Shown here: one piece after another, positions 63,442-64,000 of the stretch
Layout: each line of letters begins with the position of its first letter
How positions within the stretch are numbered: position 1 is the stretch's first letter
Translations under genes and position numbers: made by a program
Notes under the pieces: model-generated
Databases searched by the model: none
Seen by the model: only the letters and a program-made list of their open reading frames with translations
What the model was told of the DNA's origin: nothing
DNA from: Savitreella phatthalungensis
Taxonomy: Eukaryota
Length of the DNA: 64,000 bases
Reading direction: 5' to 3'
NCBI GenBank assembly: GCA_051599415.1
Contig: AP039698.1
Coordinates: forward strand, 248,001 to 312,000

Positions 63442-64000
63442 ATGCGCCTCGCCTCCATTCTTCTTGGCTTGACGACCATCGCCATGTCTAGCGCACAGCT
63501 CTTCGCGCCGAATAGCACGGCGTCCGCGGTCATCATCATAAATGGCAACCCGACCACCTTGTCATCCGGCGACTGCAACACTGCATGCATCGACGTCCAG
63601 GGAGCACTGTCGACATGTCAGGCAGATGTCATGGGTGACTCGCTCGCGGGACCTGGCGTATACACGTGTGCCTGCAAGACTAATGACTTCGTCAATCAAG
63701 CCGAACGATGTGCTGCTTGTGCCTCCTCCTTCGGCAGTCTCGATCTCTTTCGCGAGCTCAAATCCATAATCAAGTCGTGCAGCACATTGACTCCCCCGGT
63801 CTCCGCCAGTGTCTCCTACTCGATCCCTGTCGTCACCCATACCTCCTACACCACCATTGGCGCTAGCTACATGAGCGCCACAGCCACCGCATCAGCCACG
63901 TACGAAAGCGGCTCACCTATGACCACAGACAGTGCCACCGTGGTCGCACCCACGATCACGCCCATTCCAACCCATGCCTCAGCTTCGACATACGTGCCCA
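63442..64000 (+). CDS. Secreted/cell-surface protein with an 8-Cys (CFEM-like) domain and Ser/Thr-rich stalk (3' end outside the window)
   Basis: Manual translation, open to the window end: MRLASILLGLTTIAMSSAQ (signal-like)...DCNTACIDVQGALSTCQ...TCACKTNDFVNQAERCAACA...KSCSTLTPPVSAS..., then Ser/Thr/Pro-rich sequence. Confidence 0.75.
   Translation, partial: MRLASILLGLTTIAMSSAQLFAPNSTASAVIIINGNPTTLSSGDCNTACIDVQGALSTCQADVMGDSLAGPGVYTCACKTNDFVNQAERCAACASSFGSLDLFRELKSIIKSCSTLTPPVSASVSYSIPVVTHTSYTTIGASYMSATATASATYESGSPMTTDSATVVAPTITPIPTHASASTYVP

Overview
Gene-dense, fairly GC-rich fungal nuclear DNA. It is most likely an ascomycete, because fatty acid synthase is split into beta and alpha chains inside the MPT domain. 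Few, very short introns plus eIF3e and a Pex14/17-like gene would fit an early-diverging yeast-like lineage, but that placement is inference. About 26 protein-coding genes tile the window, nearly all housekeeping: FKS1 (runs off the left edge and is missing from the ORF track), a Pex14/17-like peroxin, EAF3, SDS23, eIF1A, BNA6, POM33, a PRCC-family gene, GGA, TSR3, a head-to-head FAS2/FAS1 pair, eIF3e, BCK1, NTE1, prenylcysteine oxidase, a Pba1/PAC1-like proteasome chaperone, an SWI1-like ARID gene, mL49, SQS1, ARP9-like, TRM10, PRI1, a GYF-domain gene, DML1, and a secreted Cys-rich/Ser-Thr-rich gene that runs off the right edge. I found no tRNA, rRNA, transposon, CRISPR array or secondary-metabolite cluster, and no strongly supported novel system. 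The best leads are two hairpin-rich intergenic segments that may be unannotated structured RNAs, a Pex14/17 homolog lacking its Pex14_N domain, a CFEM-like gene starting only 53 nt after DML1, extremely tight or overlapping convergent gene ends, and strand-polarised CTCA/CA microsatellites plus palindromic tracts in promoters. All family calls come from recognising motifs by eye, not from database searches.
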